From the NCBI GenBank assembly GCA_964035545.1, contig OZ037765.1, positions 9,062,698-9,126,697 on the forward strand: a stretch of DNA of 64,000 bases. Reading direction: 5' to 3'. The stretch is from Bugula neritina (taxonomy: Eukaryota; Animalia; Bryozoa). How positions within the stretch are numbered: the stretch's first letter is position 1; each line of letters starts with the position of its first letter. Below, one piece after another: positions 13,260 through 26,340 of the stretch. Made by a program: the position numbers and the translations under genes. Below the pieces are notes generated by a model. The model did not search any database. It saw nothing but the letters and a program-made list of their open reading frames with translations, and was not told the origin of the DNA.

Positions 13260-16200
13260 GACGATGTATGTTTGGTACATTTAGTACCTTGTACCAATTC
13301 TAAAACACTCACCACTATAACTTATATAAACTTCTGCAAGTTCAAATGCAAAATGCATACTTCTAGGAAATAGCTGTGCAACTTTTATTACATGCATTAT
13401 TTTATTTCATATCTTAAATTTATGAATCATGAGTTCATTTTTCAAAATGTTTAATTTAAGTGCTTAAAAAATGCAAATAAAAAGTACAAGTTTAAAAAAA
13501 TACCCTGGTGCAAATTGACCACAGCCCCAGCTGTTTTGGCAAAACACATTTAATGACATTTTCATTGACATAGTGGTAAATGGGCTGGTTGTTTTTGGCA
13601 GATGGGCAGCACGCTGGCTGGCTGCAACTTTTTACAATTCTGATTGGCTGGACTCTACATGACCAGCTAATGATTGTATCTGATTGGCCTAATAATTCAT
13701 TTGCATTTGAAAATGTAGAGTTTTATATAAGTTATAGTGGTGATATTTTAGAGTTGGTACACACCCATTTTTTGGTTGAGTTTTATAGTCTGATCATGCT
13801 GTAGTCATCTACAATACTTCAGTGTATGGGGAAACTATTAGTATTACGAAATCTGTTTTGGCTTATATTGCTATGCCAGTTTTCTGACTTAGTTTTTCAT
13901 CAACTATATGCAGGCTGTTCTAACTTAGGGTGATTTCATCAAAGGTAGACATTACTTAGACCTTAGAACATCAAATCAACCAGTGCTGTTACTTGGTTGT
14001 ATTGTAAAGCAGTAGTGAGAGCATAGCACATTAGCACAGTCACCTAGCTGCAATGACAGTGGCCACACTAGACTCACCAGTTTTATTAAAATATCTTATG
14101 TAAGGCACTTAAAAACACTAGCCTAGTCTGTTAGTATGTAGAGCAGTAACACAGTTACAGCAGTCACACCACCCCTCTCTATCTTGTCTACCAAGTACAG
14201 AGGTTGCCACAATGATAATCATTTCATGATTTAGTTTTAAATCAATGCATATTACTGAATACATTCTCATAGTCTGATTATTTTGCGCTTCAGCTTATTT
14301 TAATATGATAATTTAAAAAATTGCTTCACACGCATATTACAAATGCATTAACCTACGCTAACCATACATTATTTGCTTGTGTACTCACCACTGTTTTTTT
14401 AATTTATATAGCATTAGCTTTTTTAATCAATCACATATTAATCTGCAAGAGTTTAATTGCACAGATAATGTAGACATTTTGTATAAAAATTAGTATTAAC
14501 ATGTAATGCCTTGCATGTGGGTCTATATTGCCAGTTGGTATCATCGCCATACAATACCCTGTTGATAACCCTTTCTTGTATACGATTTACTTAGCAAAAC
14601 AGCATGATTATCCTACAAGTGTAATGACATTAGCCATGGGACAATATAGTCTAAAATCTAGACTCTAGATTCTTTTAACTGTGAAGTAATCAGCCTCAAA
14701 CCATTGCTGGATGAAGTGCCTACACTTAGCTGCGAGGCTACTGCAATAACATCAACAATTTTACTAATGAGTTTTCAATACATGTTTTAGTCAGTTGGGT
14801 AAAATACAAAGGTTCTCTGGTATGCTAGAATAAATGGTGATTAAACATTGGATTTGATGAACATTTTTTTCATATTGTGTGATGCAACATGATGGTTACA
14901 GAGAAAACGCTGATCCCACTAAAACTGTAATGAAGGCATTATATTTCAACACTGACTGCATACAACATTGTTACCAACAGAATATTATCCATATATGAGT
15001 GTATTTTGCAAAAATAAGCATCGAGTCTGAGCTGCCATTTTCTTTCACCCAAAAACCATTAATATCAGACTTTAACTTACAAAGCATAGTGGTATAGCAC
15101 ATGCATATACAATAGCACACCAAGAAAAAAATTATAAAGTGCTACATTTTATTGGTTACCAAGGGTGGCTGCAGAAAGCACAGCATACAATTATAATCTT
15201 TTCTAAAAGAGGTGCAAACAGTAAGCTTACACCTCCAGGACTATTTAGGATATCAAGTCCTTTATGGGTTGATTGCTCTTTTAACCTGGATTCTAAGGAT
15301 AGCAATTAATTTAGTTTAGAGTTACTGCATTCTAGTCAGTTGAAAATGGCCTTTCTTTCCAGGTGGCATGGCCAGGAAATAAGTAAATATTGTATGAAGA
15401 TCGCCATGTAGTAGAAATAGGTGTGCTCCGGAAGCACTATAGTGAAGTTTTAATGGCTGGCATATGGTATTGGATACTAGCCCTCAGAATGTTTTTGTCA
15501 TCTTCCTGCCTCAATGGTGGTTGATGATTACTTTGAGTGAGGAAAAACATGTATTGAAAACTCATTAGTATAGCTGCAGAGCTAGGTGCAGATATTTTCT
15601 CGAACAATGACTTGAGACTGAGAAGCTCACGTTAAATATCACTTAAAAATGAAGCAAGCTGCTAACAAAATTACTTCATAGTTGAAAAAACTGGACTATA
15701 TTGTCCTATGGCTGATGGCATTGCATTTCTGGGATAAACATGCTGTTTCACTAAGGAAATCATGTACAAATTGGTGATGATACCAACTAAAAGTATAGAC
15801 TAGCATGCCAAGCACTACACGTTAATGCTCATTTTTATATAAATTGTCTACGTTGTCTATTGCTAAAAGCTGTGCATTTTAACTCCTGCAAATAAATATG
15901 CAACCAAGTTAAAAAAATTACTGTTGTAATTTTTTTTAAGTAAAATAATGGTGGGTACATAAGCAACTAATTTATGCTTAGCACATGCTTACATATGTTC
16001 GTCAGTGTGCTGTAAATATATGCTAGTGATGATAAATATGGTGCAGCACTGCCATTACAGTTCGCTGACTGTGCTATGCTATTGCTACTGTTTTGCAACA
16101 GTAACAACAGTGTTTGATTTGCTGCATCTAAACAGTGTCTACCTTCGATGAAATCACCTAAGTTATATAGCTGCCTATGGTTTATTACAAACCAAGTCAG

Positions 16201-16824
16201 AAAACTGGCTTAGCAATATAAGCCAAAACAGATTTCGTAATACTAATAGTTTCCCCATACACTGAAGTATTGTAGATGACTACAGCATGATCAGACTATA
16301 AAACTCAACCAAAAAAGAGGTGTGTACCAACTCTAAAATATCACCACTATAACCTATATAAAACTCTACATTTTCAAATGCAAATGAATTATTAGGCCAA
16401 TCAGATACAATCATTAGCTGGTCATGTAGAGTCCAGCCAATCAGAATTGTAAAAAGTTGCAGCCAGCCAGCGTGCTGCCCATCTGCCAAAAACAACCAGC
16501 CCATTTACCACTATGTCAATGAAAATGTCATTAAATGTGTTTTGCCAAAACAGCTGGGGCTGTGGTCAATTTGCACCAGGGTATTTTTTTAAACTTGTAC
16601 TTTTCATTTGCATTTTTTAAGCACTTAAATTAAACATTTTGAAAAATGAACTCATGATTCAGAAATTTAAGATATGAAATAAAATAATGCATGTAATAAA
16701 AGTTGCACAGCTATTTCCTAGAAGTATGCATTTTGCATTTGAACTTGCAGAAGTTTATATAAGTTATAGTGGTGAGTGTTTTAGACTTGGTACAAGGTAC
16801 TAAATGTACCAAACATACATCGTC
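13260..16824. mobile_element. Non-autonomous foldback-like DNA transposon with very long inverted arms, flanked by TA
   Basis: 13256-~13890 is the reverse complement of ~16194-16828 with only about 7 mismatches by eye. Weaker inverted similarity continues inward to about 14790/15543. Ends read TA|GACGATG...CATCGTC|TA. No transposase ORF is present. Confidence 0.85.
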
Positions 16825-17552
16825 TATTACATTCCATACACTTTACACAGTTAATTCTGCATTAACAAAGTAGGCCCACAATTGTTTTTATTTCATACTG
16901 CAGTGGGGTGGTTATATTTTGAAAGCTTTTTTCAGCATTTCTCTGAACTCGCAAAAAACTTAAATGAGCTACCATGAGTTATATTTCCAAAAAAGTTTAA
17001 GTTGACAAGAGATTCATTACAACTGTGTTGAGAATTGAGATTCTAGAGCAGTTACATCGGGATACTGTAGAACTGGCTAACAATTATGTAATTATTTTCA
17101 ATTTAGAGGAACTGTTCAATTAAAGGTTTCAATGAACAAACTCCACTCACAAATAGCTGTTAAAATGCTAAGAGTTTTGGTGTCATTCAGCACCACCTGC
17201 TTATCAGAGATATAATGAAAAGATTAACAAATTACTGTTACAAAGTGATATGAAATGTGCAGTCAAAAACGGAGTTAGGGTTGACGCATCAACATCGACT
17301 GCAACAAATACAAGTATTACAAATTTACAAGTTTATATCATAATATTCACAAATAGACAGTTATACAATAACTAATGAGAGTTGTTTTCTTTCACACTAA
17401 GAGTGCTAATGTTTATTTTATGCTTATTATAACAATACATTAATTATAGTTTAATGGTTTATAATCCACAAAAGTGTGATTAAAAAAAACATCTCTTGAA
17501 GCATAACAGGGTAAAGTCAGAGAATGTATACTGTAAATGTTGATCTCATATC

Positions 17553-17822
17553 TCAATTATAAAGTTTAGAACCAAAGCCTTGTGGTGACTTTTGTGCAGA
17601 TTTGGTTCCAGCTTCAGATAACCGTTGAGTAAGCATTTTACTTGTATCTATGAATCTCTGGACACAGTTAGTGATGCATCGCTCTTGCTTTGAATCTAAA
17701 CTACTAATAGTGTATGTGATGCATTTATCCCAGCAATCGTTTGTAATACTGTTTACGAGAGTCTGAAACTCTGCCCGCTGTTTGGTCTGCACAACAAACC
17801 GTTGTATTTGAGGATCATTCAT
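17553..17822 (-). CDS. TIMM8: Small Tim chaperone, Tim8/DDP1 family (89 aa from ATG at 17822)
   Basis: MNDPQIQRFVVQTKQRAEFQTLVNSITNDCWDKC...QERCITNCVQRFIDTS has the twin CX3C motif with Tim8-type CWDKC and CVxRFIDTS. The ORF extension upstream of about 17833 crosses a pyrimidine-rich AG acceptor and is intronic. Confidence 0.9.
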   Translation of the reverse strand: MNDPQIQRFVVQTKQRAEFQTLVNSITNDCWDKCITYTISSLDSKQERCITNCVQRFIDTSKMLTQRLSEAGTKSAQKSPQGFGSKLYN

Positions 17823-18739
17823 TGAAAGTTTTCTAAAACAAAAAATAAGCAATTGTTTGAGGTCATAAATCCACAAAGTCACTTGATAGCACAACGTTAA
17901 AAACTAACTAGCTATTTTTAAAATGCAGTATATTACCATTAAAAAGCAAATGATAGTTTGTGAAAATTGAAAACTGGAAAATTTATATCACCTCTTTAAC
18001 CAGTTAAAAAAAATTGCTTTGTAATCAGTTTTAGTTGCATATTCAAACCACTAAAATTACCATAACTATAACGGGTCCTACACAAGAATTATTATATACG
18101 CTCAAAACTTGCTTAGTTTGCTCACCTCAATGATAAAACTCTACATGCCCTGTGTATGTTTTCCCCAAGTTTTTTCACAGTTACAGTGTTGCTAACTAAA
18201 CTTAAACTGTTTTTAATTCAAAATTCAGCATGTAAATAAAAGTAATTTAAACTTGGGTGCATATAACAAACTATAATGTACATAAATTTTGTAGGATTCG
18301 GATTTAAAATTGCTTCTTCACTTTTGGGCATACGCCTATACATATGCAAAAACCGCTGTTGGAATCTGGCTGACATATTTTACTGTAATGATAAATATTT
18401 GTTCGATTGCCTATGTCAAGTATGAGAGGCTACTTTGATCAACTTAGCTTTATAAATTGGAAAAAACAGTTAAAAAACTGGTCAAAATAATTCTGACGTT
18501 GAAATTTCAAATAGTCAGGATGAAACTTGCTTTATTAAGGTTTTCTGTTACTAGGTTTTTATACCATTAGAAAGCTTGAGACTCGCACAAATTTTATAAA
18601 CTGTAAAGTTTCAATACATAATATAGAAAGAAGACAAACACGCAAAAAAGTATGAATAAACAGATTGCAATGCACGTTTGCCCTCAAACTGTCTGATACA
18701 CAGAATGACAGATCATTATGCAAAGGAGATACAGTCTAT

Positions 18740-19360
18740 TAGTATTTTAAGTATTTTAATAATATAATATAACATTAACTATAAGAAATAAGAGATTATT
18801 ATGAGAGTAATATTAACTAACAATCTTAATAATTTAAAACCAACATTGTTACACATATTGTAACTATTTGCAAAAACTACAAACTAATAGTGATACTCAT
18901 ACTGATACTCATACTGTCACTATGACTATCACTATGTCTATACACTATACTATAACTATTGCTATTACTATACACTTACACACTAACTTTCACTTACAGT
19001 ATACTCATACTTATACTCATAGTCACTAATGATAGTCATAGTCATACTATCTCAATCTGTGATACTCATACTCATAGTGATTAGTCATACTCATAGTGAT
19101 ACTCATACTACTAGTACTAGTACTACTACTACTACTAGTACTACTGTACTAGTACTATTATTATTATTAATATAACTATCTAATTATCATTACTAATTCT
19201 AATAGTAATAGCAATAGTTACTGCTAGTTGCTATTGCATTACATTACAATTATCTTATCGCTATTATTATGATTATGGCTATAATATTATTTGTGATTAC
19301 TAATATAATTATCTTCATCATGATTTAGATTACACCTTTTCAGTGATTGTCATTGTGGGT
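18740..19360. repeat. Periodic low-complexity island on the Tim8 side of the Tim8/Rab32 divergent region
   Basis: Arrays of GATACTCATACT, CATAGTGAT and ACTACT. Confidence 0.85.
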
Positions 19361-19379
19361 CTGTGACATAGCCAAGCTC

Positions 19380-19690
19380 ATGATAAAAATATAACTAAGT
19401 GATGGAACGTACATTAATACCCTTTCTTTTGACGAAGTTGTTTAATGCTATATTTTAGCGAATCATATATTAAAAAAAGTCTGGTCACATGATATTCATT
19501 TTGAAACTTACTGAAGCTAGAGCTCCTGTACCTTAGGCTTATTTGTGCAACTGATTACTCCCGCAGTGTTAAAAGGTCTCTTTAAATGATTAAGCAGATT
19601 TTGATGTAGTTTTTTAGTATGACATTTGTTCTTTGCTTATTCATATAAACTTGCAAAAGAGCCAAGTCTAAGGTCTATTTTAAATTAATT
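19380..19690. promoter_or_regulatory. Inferred bidirectional promoter between Tim8 (-) and Rab32 (+)
   Basis: The genes are head-to-head. A minus-strand GTAAGT donor at 19511-19506 suggests a Tim8 non-coding first exon, and the segment lies between two islands. This is inference only; there are no TSS data. Confidence 0.5.
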
Positions 19691-20040
19691 ACTTTGGTTT
19701 TAACTTTAAGTTTACACTTTGACTTTGACTTACAGTTAGTGTTACTGTTTGAGAATGAGTTAGACTTAGTGTTACTCTTAGTCTTAGACTTAGAGTTAGT
19801 CTAAGTCCTAGTCTTACAGTATGCTGTATGAGTAATACTAAGAGTTACTTACACTTACAGTGACAGTTACTCTTGGTAACACTAGCACTAATAGACAAAT
19901 TTAAAGTAAAAGTAAATTAAAATATAATGCTTATACTTATGCTTATAGTTATACTAGTATAAATACTAGTAGTTAAACTTAAACTTAATTACTTATAGTT
20001 TTAGCCCTTAGGCTTAGCCTTAGGAGCTAAAGCTATATTT
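19690..20040. repeat. Periodic low-complexity island on the Rab32 side of the Tim8/Rab32 divergent region
   Basis: TTAGACTTAGTGTTACTCTTAGTCTTAGACTTAGAGTTAG and related hexamers. Confidence 0.8.
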
Positions 20041-20378
20041 TGTATTTATGCAATGTGTCCAGACATTGTTGCCTTTTTCTATGGTGAACTATTTGATTAG
20101 TTGCGCATATTTTGATCTGAGGCAGTGTCAGTGGATATCAAAGCTCCTTAAGATACAAAACAAGTACTAAATAACTATCAACCTTTAAATAATGAAACAT
20201 TGCTAATTATTTTTTATGGTTATAGTCAAGTTTTTTTAATATTTTATTGTAGTCTGGGTCGACTGCCTGCAGCTCAGTGATTGTTGGAAGTGTCATCTTT
20301 AGCTCTCAAGTTATTCAAACACTTGATGGAATATTGAATGCACAGTTTGATTGAATACTGCAGAAGCTGATAAGCATT

Positions 20379-23300
20379 ATGGTTAGTCACAGGTTGATAC
20401 AATCAATCTTTCAAAGTTTATGTTATTTGATGGACTTCCTGTTTTCTGATTTATTTTCTGTGTTTTTGGGTTTCTTTTCAGGCACAGTGTCTGCTCATAA
20501 TTCAATATAAACTGTTGCTAAGCTATACCAGCTTGTTTGTATCTTTTTACATTTCAATTGTAAATGAACACCATGATTCTAGCCTAACTAACCTCACTTT
20601 GACCTAGCTCACCAGAATCTAGCTGCTGTATCAAGCGAAATTCTTATCCGGAGTTGATTCTTTTGTCATCACCAAATATTTTGAAATTTATCGAATCTTT
20701 CCAACATGTGAAGCTGTTCACTGTATAGAAAATCAAAAGGGTCTAAAAAGATACTATTTGAAAAAGAGTTGTACAGTTTAAACAGAATTATAACTGATTG
20801 TTCATAACTAAAGTAGGTTTGACTTACACTGTTTTTGTATTATTTTAGGCTCAAGGTGAGGGTAAGAATGAATACCTGTTCAAGATTCTTGTAATCGGAG
20901 AATTGGGTGCTGGAAAAACTAGCATCATTAAGAGATATGTCCATCAGTACTTCTCTCAGCATTACAGAGCTACAGTATCCTTTAGTGAAATAATTTAAGG
21001 TGGTTTATATTGCAGTATCCATTTAACTAAACTCTATTGTAATGTTTTTTTATTTTAGTGCTTTAGCATCTGATTTTTTAATTGAACTTTCCTTTATTTT
21101 TTATTTTATTTTGTTATTTCAAATATGATCTTTGCACTCAGTGAAAACATTTATAATATATAGGTATTAAGTGGCCCAGGTTGAAATTTGGTAACATTTA
21201 TTACAATATGCTAACTACTAGATTCTGATAATTAATGTCTGTAACATACTGAAAAAGTCTTTAGTGTTTTTATTATATTTTAAAAACCGAGCTAATACTA
21301 CTGCACTGGTACTAGCAAAATGTAGTAATTGTGTAACTTTGGTACAGTCCCTGATTAACGTCTGTCAATTCATAATCTTATGAAGAGACTCCAACTACTG
21401 AGCCACAACAGATTTCATACTCTTTATGTCAAATCTACCCCCCCCCCCCCCCAGGACAAACACTTTACTTTAGCTTAGGCTGCTTACTAGGTGTTAAGGC
21501 AGCTCTAACATATAGGAAGTTCATATACTGTACTGTAGAAAGTACATGATTATAATATGTATATGATAATACTCATTACTAAAAGTTTAACTGTATTAAA
21601 ATTTGTTTTGAAGAAACTGCATTGTTTTATTCTTATCAACAAGCATATAGATAGGCGTAGATTTTGCTCTCAAGATAATAAAATGGGATGACAATACCAT
21701 CATTAGAGTTCAGCTATGGGACATAGCAGGTACATGTTATACTCTGTAATATCAGTCTATCCATATGATATGATTCATACTGTATTATTTCATCGCATAT
21801 CAGCTGTGTTTTTGTTCTTGTTATAGAATTAGTAATGTAGAACAGCTTGGCTTATAGCCAAGCAAAGTATTATTCCCTATTATTAGTTCATTTCAGATAA
21901 AAACTGCAAAAAGGGGACACAGACCCGATTTTGAACATGTACATTTGATATCTGCCGACAATAAATTGTTTTTAGCTCATTTGCTGCAAATCTATAAACA
22001 CATGTGCCAACAGTAAACAAAATGTCGGTGTGCTATAAATAATTTATAGCATTTACACATTATATTAGATTAAAGTCATTGCATTTGTGCTGGATTGTTT
22101 GATGACATAGACCGAGTGACTGTATGTAGGTCAGGAGAGGTTTGGAAACATGACAAGAGTGTATTTCAAGGAGGCAGTTGGTTGCATCCTTGTGTTTGAC
22201 GTAACTAGACCAGCGTCCTTTGAAGCTGTAAAGAAGTGGAAGCTGGATTTGGATACTAAAGTTCAACTTCCTAATGGAGGTCGAATACCGTGTGTCTTAC
22301 TTGGTAACAAGGTAAATATATGTTGTGTTAGTTTACATACTCATTTATACTACACTTATTATATACTTGTTGCATGTTGTTTAGCAACTTAGCCAAGGCT
22401 TGTTGTATAAATAGGCTAATATAAGACAACTATTTTTGCCGTAGAATGCGAACTTTTTATAGGGTGAACCGGTTTTAACATTCCAATGCCATCTTTTCTA
22501 ACTAAATTATTAAATTGTTGATTACAATAATCACAATACTTTTTATTATCTGTATTGCTCACTTCAGCTAGTCATTTTAGTCATTAGCTGCTTTGATAAA
22601 ACTTATGAGTATTTCCTTAAAACTTGAAAGTTTATTAGTTTATAGTTTCACAAAAGTGACACTTGTCCGGGTTGTAGTGTATAGAGTTACTGTTACTTTA
22701 GGATGAACCTGTAGGCTCTTGTGCAGCACCTGCTGGAGTTCTAATTCCACTGAAGTTTTATAGTAAAACCCTCACTGCCTTATGACATATAAACCTGCTA
22801 ACTGTAGCTCTGTTGTCTACTTTGTTGTAGTAGTTATTACCAGCAGTGTTCTGGTGGTTTGTTTTAGTGTGACCAGGCAAGGGAGGGATTCTTTCAAACT
22901 CATGAACAGATGGATTCATATTGTAAAGATAATGGCTTCATAGGATGGTTTGCCACATCAGCAAAAGAGAACATTCGAATAGATGAATCAGTGAATTTTC
23001 TATTTAGCAAGGTCAGACTTATTTTCTATGTTCCTTCGTTTGAATTGCCCAATAGTTGTTAAAGTTTTGTATATCATATAATTGATTAATACAGTGATAC
23101 TCAATAGTAAGACATCTAAGTTGGTTCAATGCTTGGCAGGAATAATTCCGCCAAGAATATGTTTTTTTCAAAGACAGCAAATTAAAATTTTAAATGCAAT
23201 GAAGTTTAAGATGTAGATGGACAGTTCAGCTTTCAAAGTATCAAAGTTCTACTATTCATCGTGCTTATATCGCGTTCAACACATGTGAATAACAAGTTTT

Positions 23301-23459
23301 ATTGTTTTATATATAATGGCTGGCACTTTATTTACTATACCTCAGGTTTTAGAAAATGCAATGAATGACACTTCTCTAAAGGAGAGTGACAATGATAGAA
23401 TCGACCTTGGACAAACTGGGGATTACGAGGAGAGTTCTAGCAGCTCCTGTAAATGCTAA
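20379..23459 (+). CDS. RAB32: Rab32/Rab38-family small GTPase
   Basis: Exons 20849-20974, 21651-21729, 22130-22311, 22868-23011 and 23346-23459. The start codon is probably an ATG at the end of an upstream exon (20379-20381, ATG|GTTAGT; less certain). Motifs: G1 GELGAGKT, effector HYRATIGVDF, subfamily-typical WDIAGQERFGNMTRVY, NKCD, TSAK, and C-terminal CKC prenylation motif. Confidence 0.93.
20975..21650 (+). other. U12-type (minor spliceosome) GT-AG intron in Rab32
   Basis: The donor GTATCCTTT exactly matches the U12 5' splice-site consensus. A TTCTTATC branch-like motif lies about 13-20 nt upstream of the AG and there is no polypyrimidine tract (AAGCATATAG). Splicing restores HYRAT|IGVDF. 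Confidence 0.85.
21438..21452 (+). repeat. Poly-C tract (C15) inside the Rab32 U12 intron
   Basis: Seen directly. Confidence 0.9.
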
Positions 23460-24627
23460 TATTCAGCACTAGCTCTCATTTACTGAAGTTATTTTTCAAA
23501 TTTTAAACATTGCGTGATATTATTTCATACTTTAAAATAGTTAAATTGTATTTTTATAAATTCCAGTCTTGCCAAAGGGCATAATACTTCATCAAAATTA
23601 TGTTGTGTTTAACAAATTTACAATTATGTAATAATACTGCTATAGTATAATATTTTTACTTATAAAATATTAAAGTAAGATTAAAATATTTTGACTAATT
23701 TTACATTAATTTATCAGGTACAGCAGTATATCAGCTGATGCTCATGGTAAACTATATATTTTTTATTTTTGTATGACATTATAACAAATATAAAATTATT
23801 CAGCAGTTACTTGAGCTTATTGTCAAATTACTAATATTGAACTTTTTTATTTAAATTAAAACACTTCTAAGCAATTAACCACGTGTGATTCATATTGCAC
23901 TATAAATGGCACAATTAATTCAAGAAACCAAACTACCACAAGTTTCACTCTTTTGCAGGAGTTATCTTATCACATCTACTACAGTAATTTTCTACATCCA
24001 ACCATAATATAGGGACCATCACCATATAATTGGTAATTATATTATTAGGCCAGTGTTGCAGCAGTAAGTTACTTGCTACTAAAAATGCTTTGATCGCACT
24101 AATAATAACAATATAGCTTTCCGTACTTGCATGTCTGATGAATGGTAATTTAGTTAGTTCAACGTCCCAAAAACTCACATTTGATACAGTCATCGAAATC
24201 ACTGACATGATTCATGTTTTACTGATACATATTTGCTTGGGAACTGGTTTCATAGTATACTGACATATACTCATAACTTGGGGTTATTTCAGTAAATTCA
24301 ATAGCTGTTGCTATGTTAATACCGTTTCTTGGAGCTCTATATGCACAACTAAATATTTTCTGCAATCCCATTTGCGAACTGTCCATTTTTGATCGAAATG
24401 TGTACCTCTAATCTCTAAATATATTCCTACTGGCATCACACCCTACAGTGCCTCAATCTATATTTTGTACGTATGCCACTTTTCCTTTACAGAGTCATTT
24501 TTGCAAACTCTATTTGATGTTTCCAGTGACAACTTAGGAACATTATCAGACACAGCACCATCCCATGACTCTTTTTGTGTCAGTTTTATGAAGAGACATG
24601 CTACCCTCAACTACCTTGCTATAGACA

Positions 24628-24770
24628 TTTAGATGCAGTAGCAGAGGAATTTTAATAGCCTAAGTTCTTTAATTTCCTTAACAAATTTTGGTTTGGGGCA
24701 CAAGTTGAAATCCTTACACTTTGGTTGCTGTCCACTTCCAACTAACTGTCCATTTCCGCCATTAGAATTT
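24628..24770. repeat. Dispersed MITE-like repeat family, inverted copy
   Basis: Reverse complement reads CCCCAAACCAAAATTTG...AAAGAACTTAGGCTATTAAAATTCCTCTGCTACTGCATCTA. Confidence 0.65.
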
Positions 24771-26340
24771 GCAAAAAAGTTGGAGTCACTCACTGATAAT
24801 AATAATTTATTGTCACAATTTTTGGTGCTACCCCCTACCTTCCCACACTAAATACTTTACTACATTTCCTCGGCACTGTGGAAAAGGTCACTTGTTGATA
24901 TCATTGATGCCCAGCTAAGTTTCCAACTAACATTTTGCTATTACGCAGTTCAAATAAAAGTTGTCTCCTCCCACATCTATCTATATACAAGGCTCACCTT
25001 CACTTTGAGTTACAGCTTCGGTTTCAATATATGTTATCTATACCTTCAGTTATTTTATACAAATTGTAACAAAGGTAATTGTCAATTTCAAAATATAAAA
25101 GTTTGCATTTTGTTTTACAAGCATAATCACAAGAATATATAGAATATGTTTTAACCTAGTGAAAAATTATTTTAAATAAAAATATCTAGGCTATGTTGAA
25201 GTTGGAACCATTATCTTATCTACTAATCAATAACTACTATGGTACATTATAGCTGCAATTCTAAAATGCTGTTGAAATTGTTCAACTCTTGTCATATCAC
25301 TATTAACCAGTATAGATTTTTATTTATTGCAGGGTAATAAATTTTCATGCTAAAGTGGTTGACATTTCATACATTTATTAGTTGAAGTAATGCCATTGAG
25401 CCTCATAGCTTGCTCTGTGCTAGCACATTAGCCTTGCTATAAATAGCTATATTGTCATAGCAGGGTATTATGCAGGGTATGTTACACTGAATAAATTGTC
25501 TAATACTATAGGATCTACCGCACTTGACATTCTGTAGCTTGATTCAGTTCATTGAACTACATCTGAATAGCATGATATTTCTCACTACTCTTGGCCTATT
25601 AGCTACTATACTCAAAATTAAAAACCATTCGAAGTATGAGGCCGTAGTGATAATGTATATCCATATTACAGAGTGATTTGGCTTCAAATGCGGTTGTATA
25701 AACTAATCTATAAGCAGCTCCAAGTTAGGAGTAACTGAGAGCAGTAGTTTGAGGTTCTGGAGTTGGAGGGTTTAGGCCTGAACTTTGAATCCCTAATTTC
25801 AGTTTTAGGAAGCTGATTATAGATAATTTCCAATTTCTTTTGGCTTCCAATCATGCCAGTCTTACTGGACCAATTATTGCTGAGTGAGTGGCTGCTCTAT
25901 TATCAATATTACAGATGCCAATTTCTGCAAATTTGGTCTGGTGATGTAACATTTAGAGCTTGCATTTTAATGATTGACATTGATAATGTTCGTGTTAGAT
26001 TTGAAAATTGGCATTGATTTTTTAAATACTATATAACTGCCATAGCACTAAGCCTAGAGGAAAAATATTGGTAGCATATATCATAATATTCTGTCAAGTT
26101 AGATACAAGTGCATTTTGTACAGAAAAACCCGTCACAATAGCAATATATACCGAGTTTCTATTAATTGTTAGCTTTTCACTTAGTGCAACTCTCTAGGGT
26201 TCACGAATGAATGCATTGATTGATATTAAATTATCAAGGCAGTTACTCCAGTGAAGTTAATGACCCATATGCACAAGAAAGCAGTTTGTTCCCTTTAGCA
26301 AATTAATTGATTTAGCAGGGCGGTCTTAAAATTGAGAATA

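Noticed and set aside
13580-16504. Two nearly identical 74-aa ORFs on opposite strands (13580-13804 +, 16280-16504 -)
   Set aside because: They are mirror images inside the inverted arms of the foldback element, with no recognisable domain and no evidence of coding.
17823-17894. N-terminal extension of the Tim8 ORF in the ORF track
   Set aside because: It starts at a non-ATG codon and crosses a pyrimidine-rich acceptor at about 17833, so it is intronic/UTR.
23945-24208. 87-aa minus-strand ORF downstream of Rab32, and other 60-90 aa ORFs antisense to exons or inside introns
   Set aside because: No recognisable motifs or splice context; expected by chance or as shadows of real exons.
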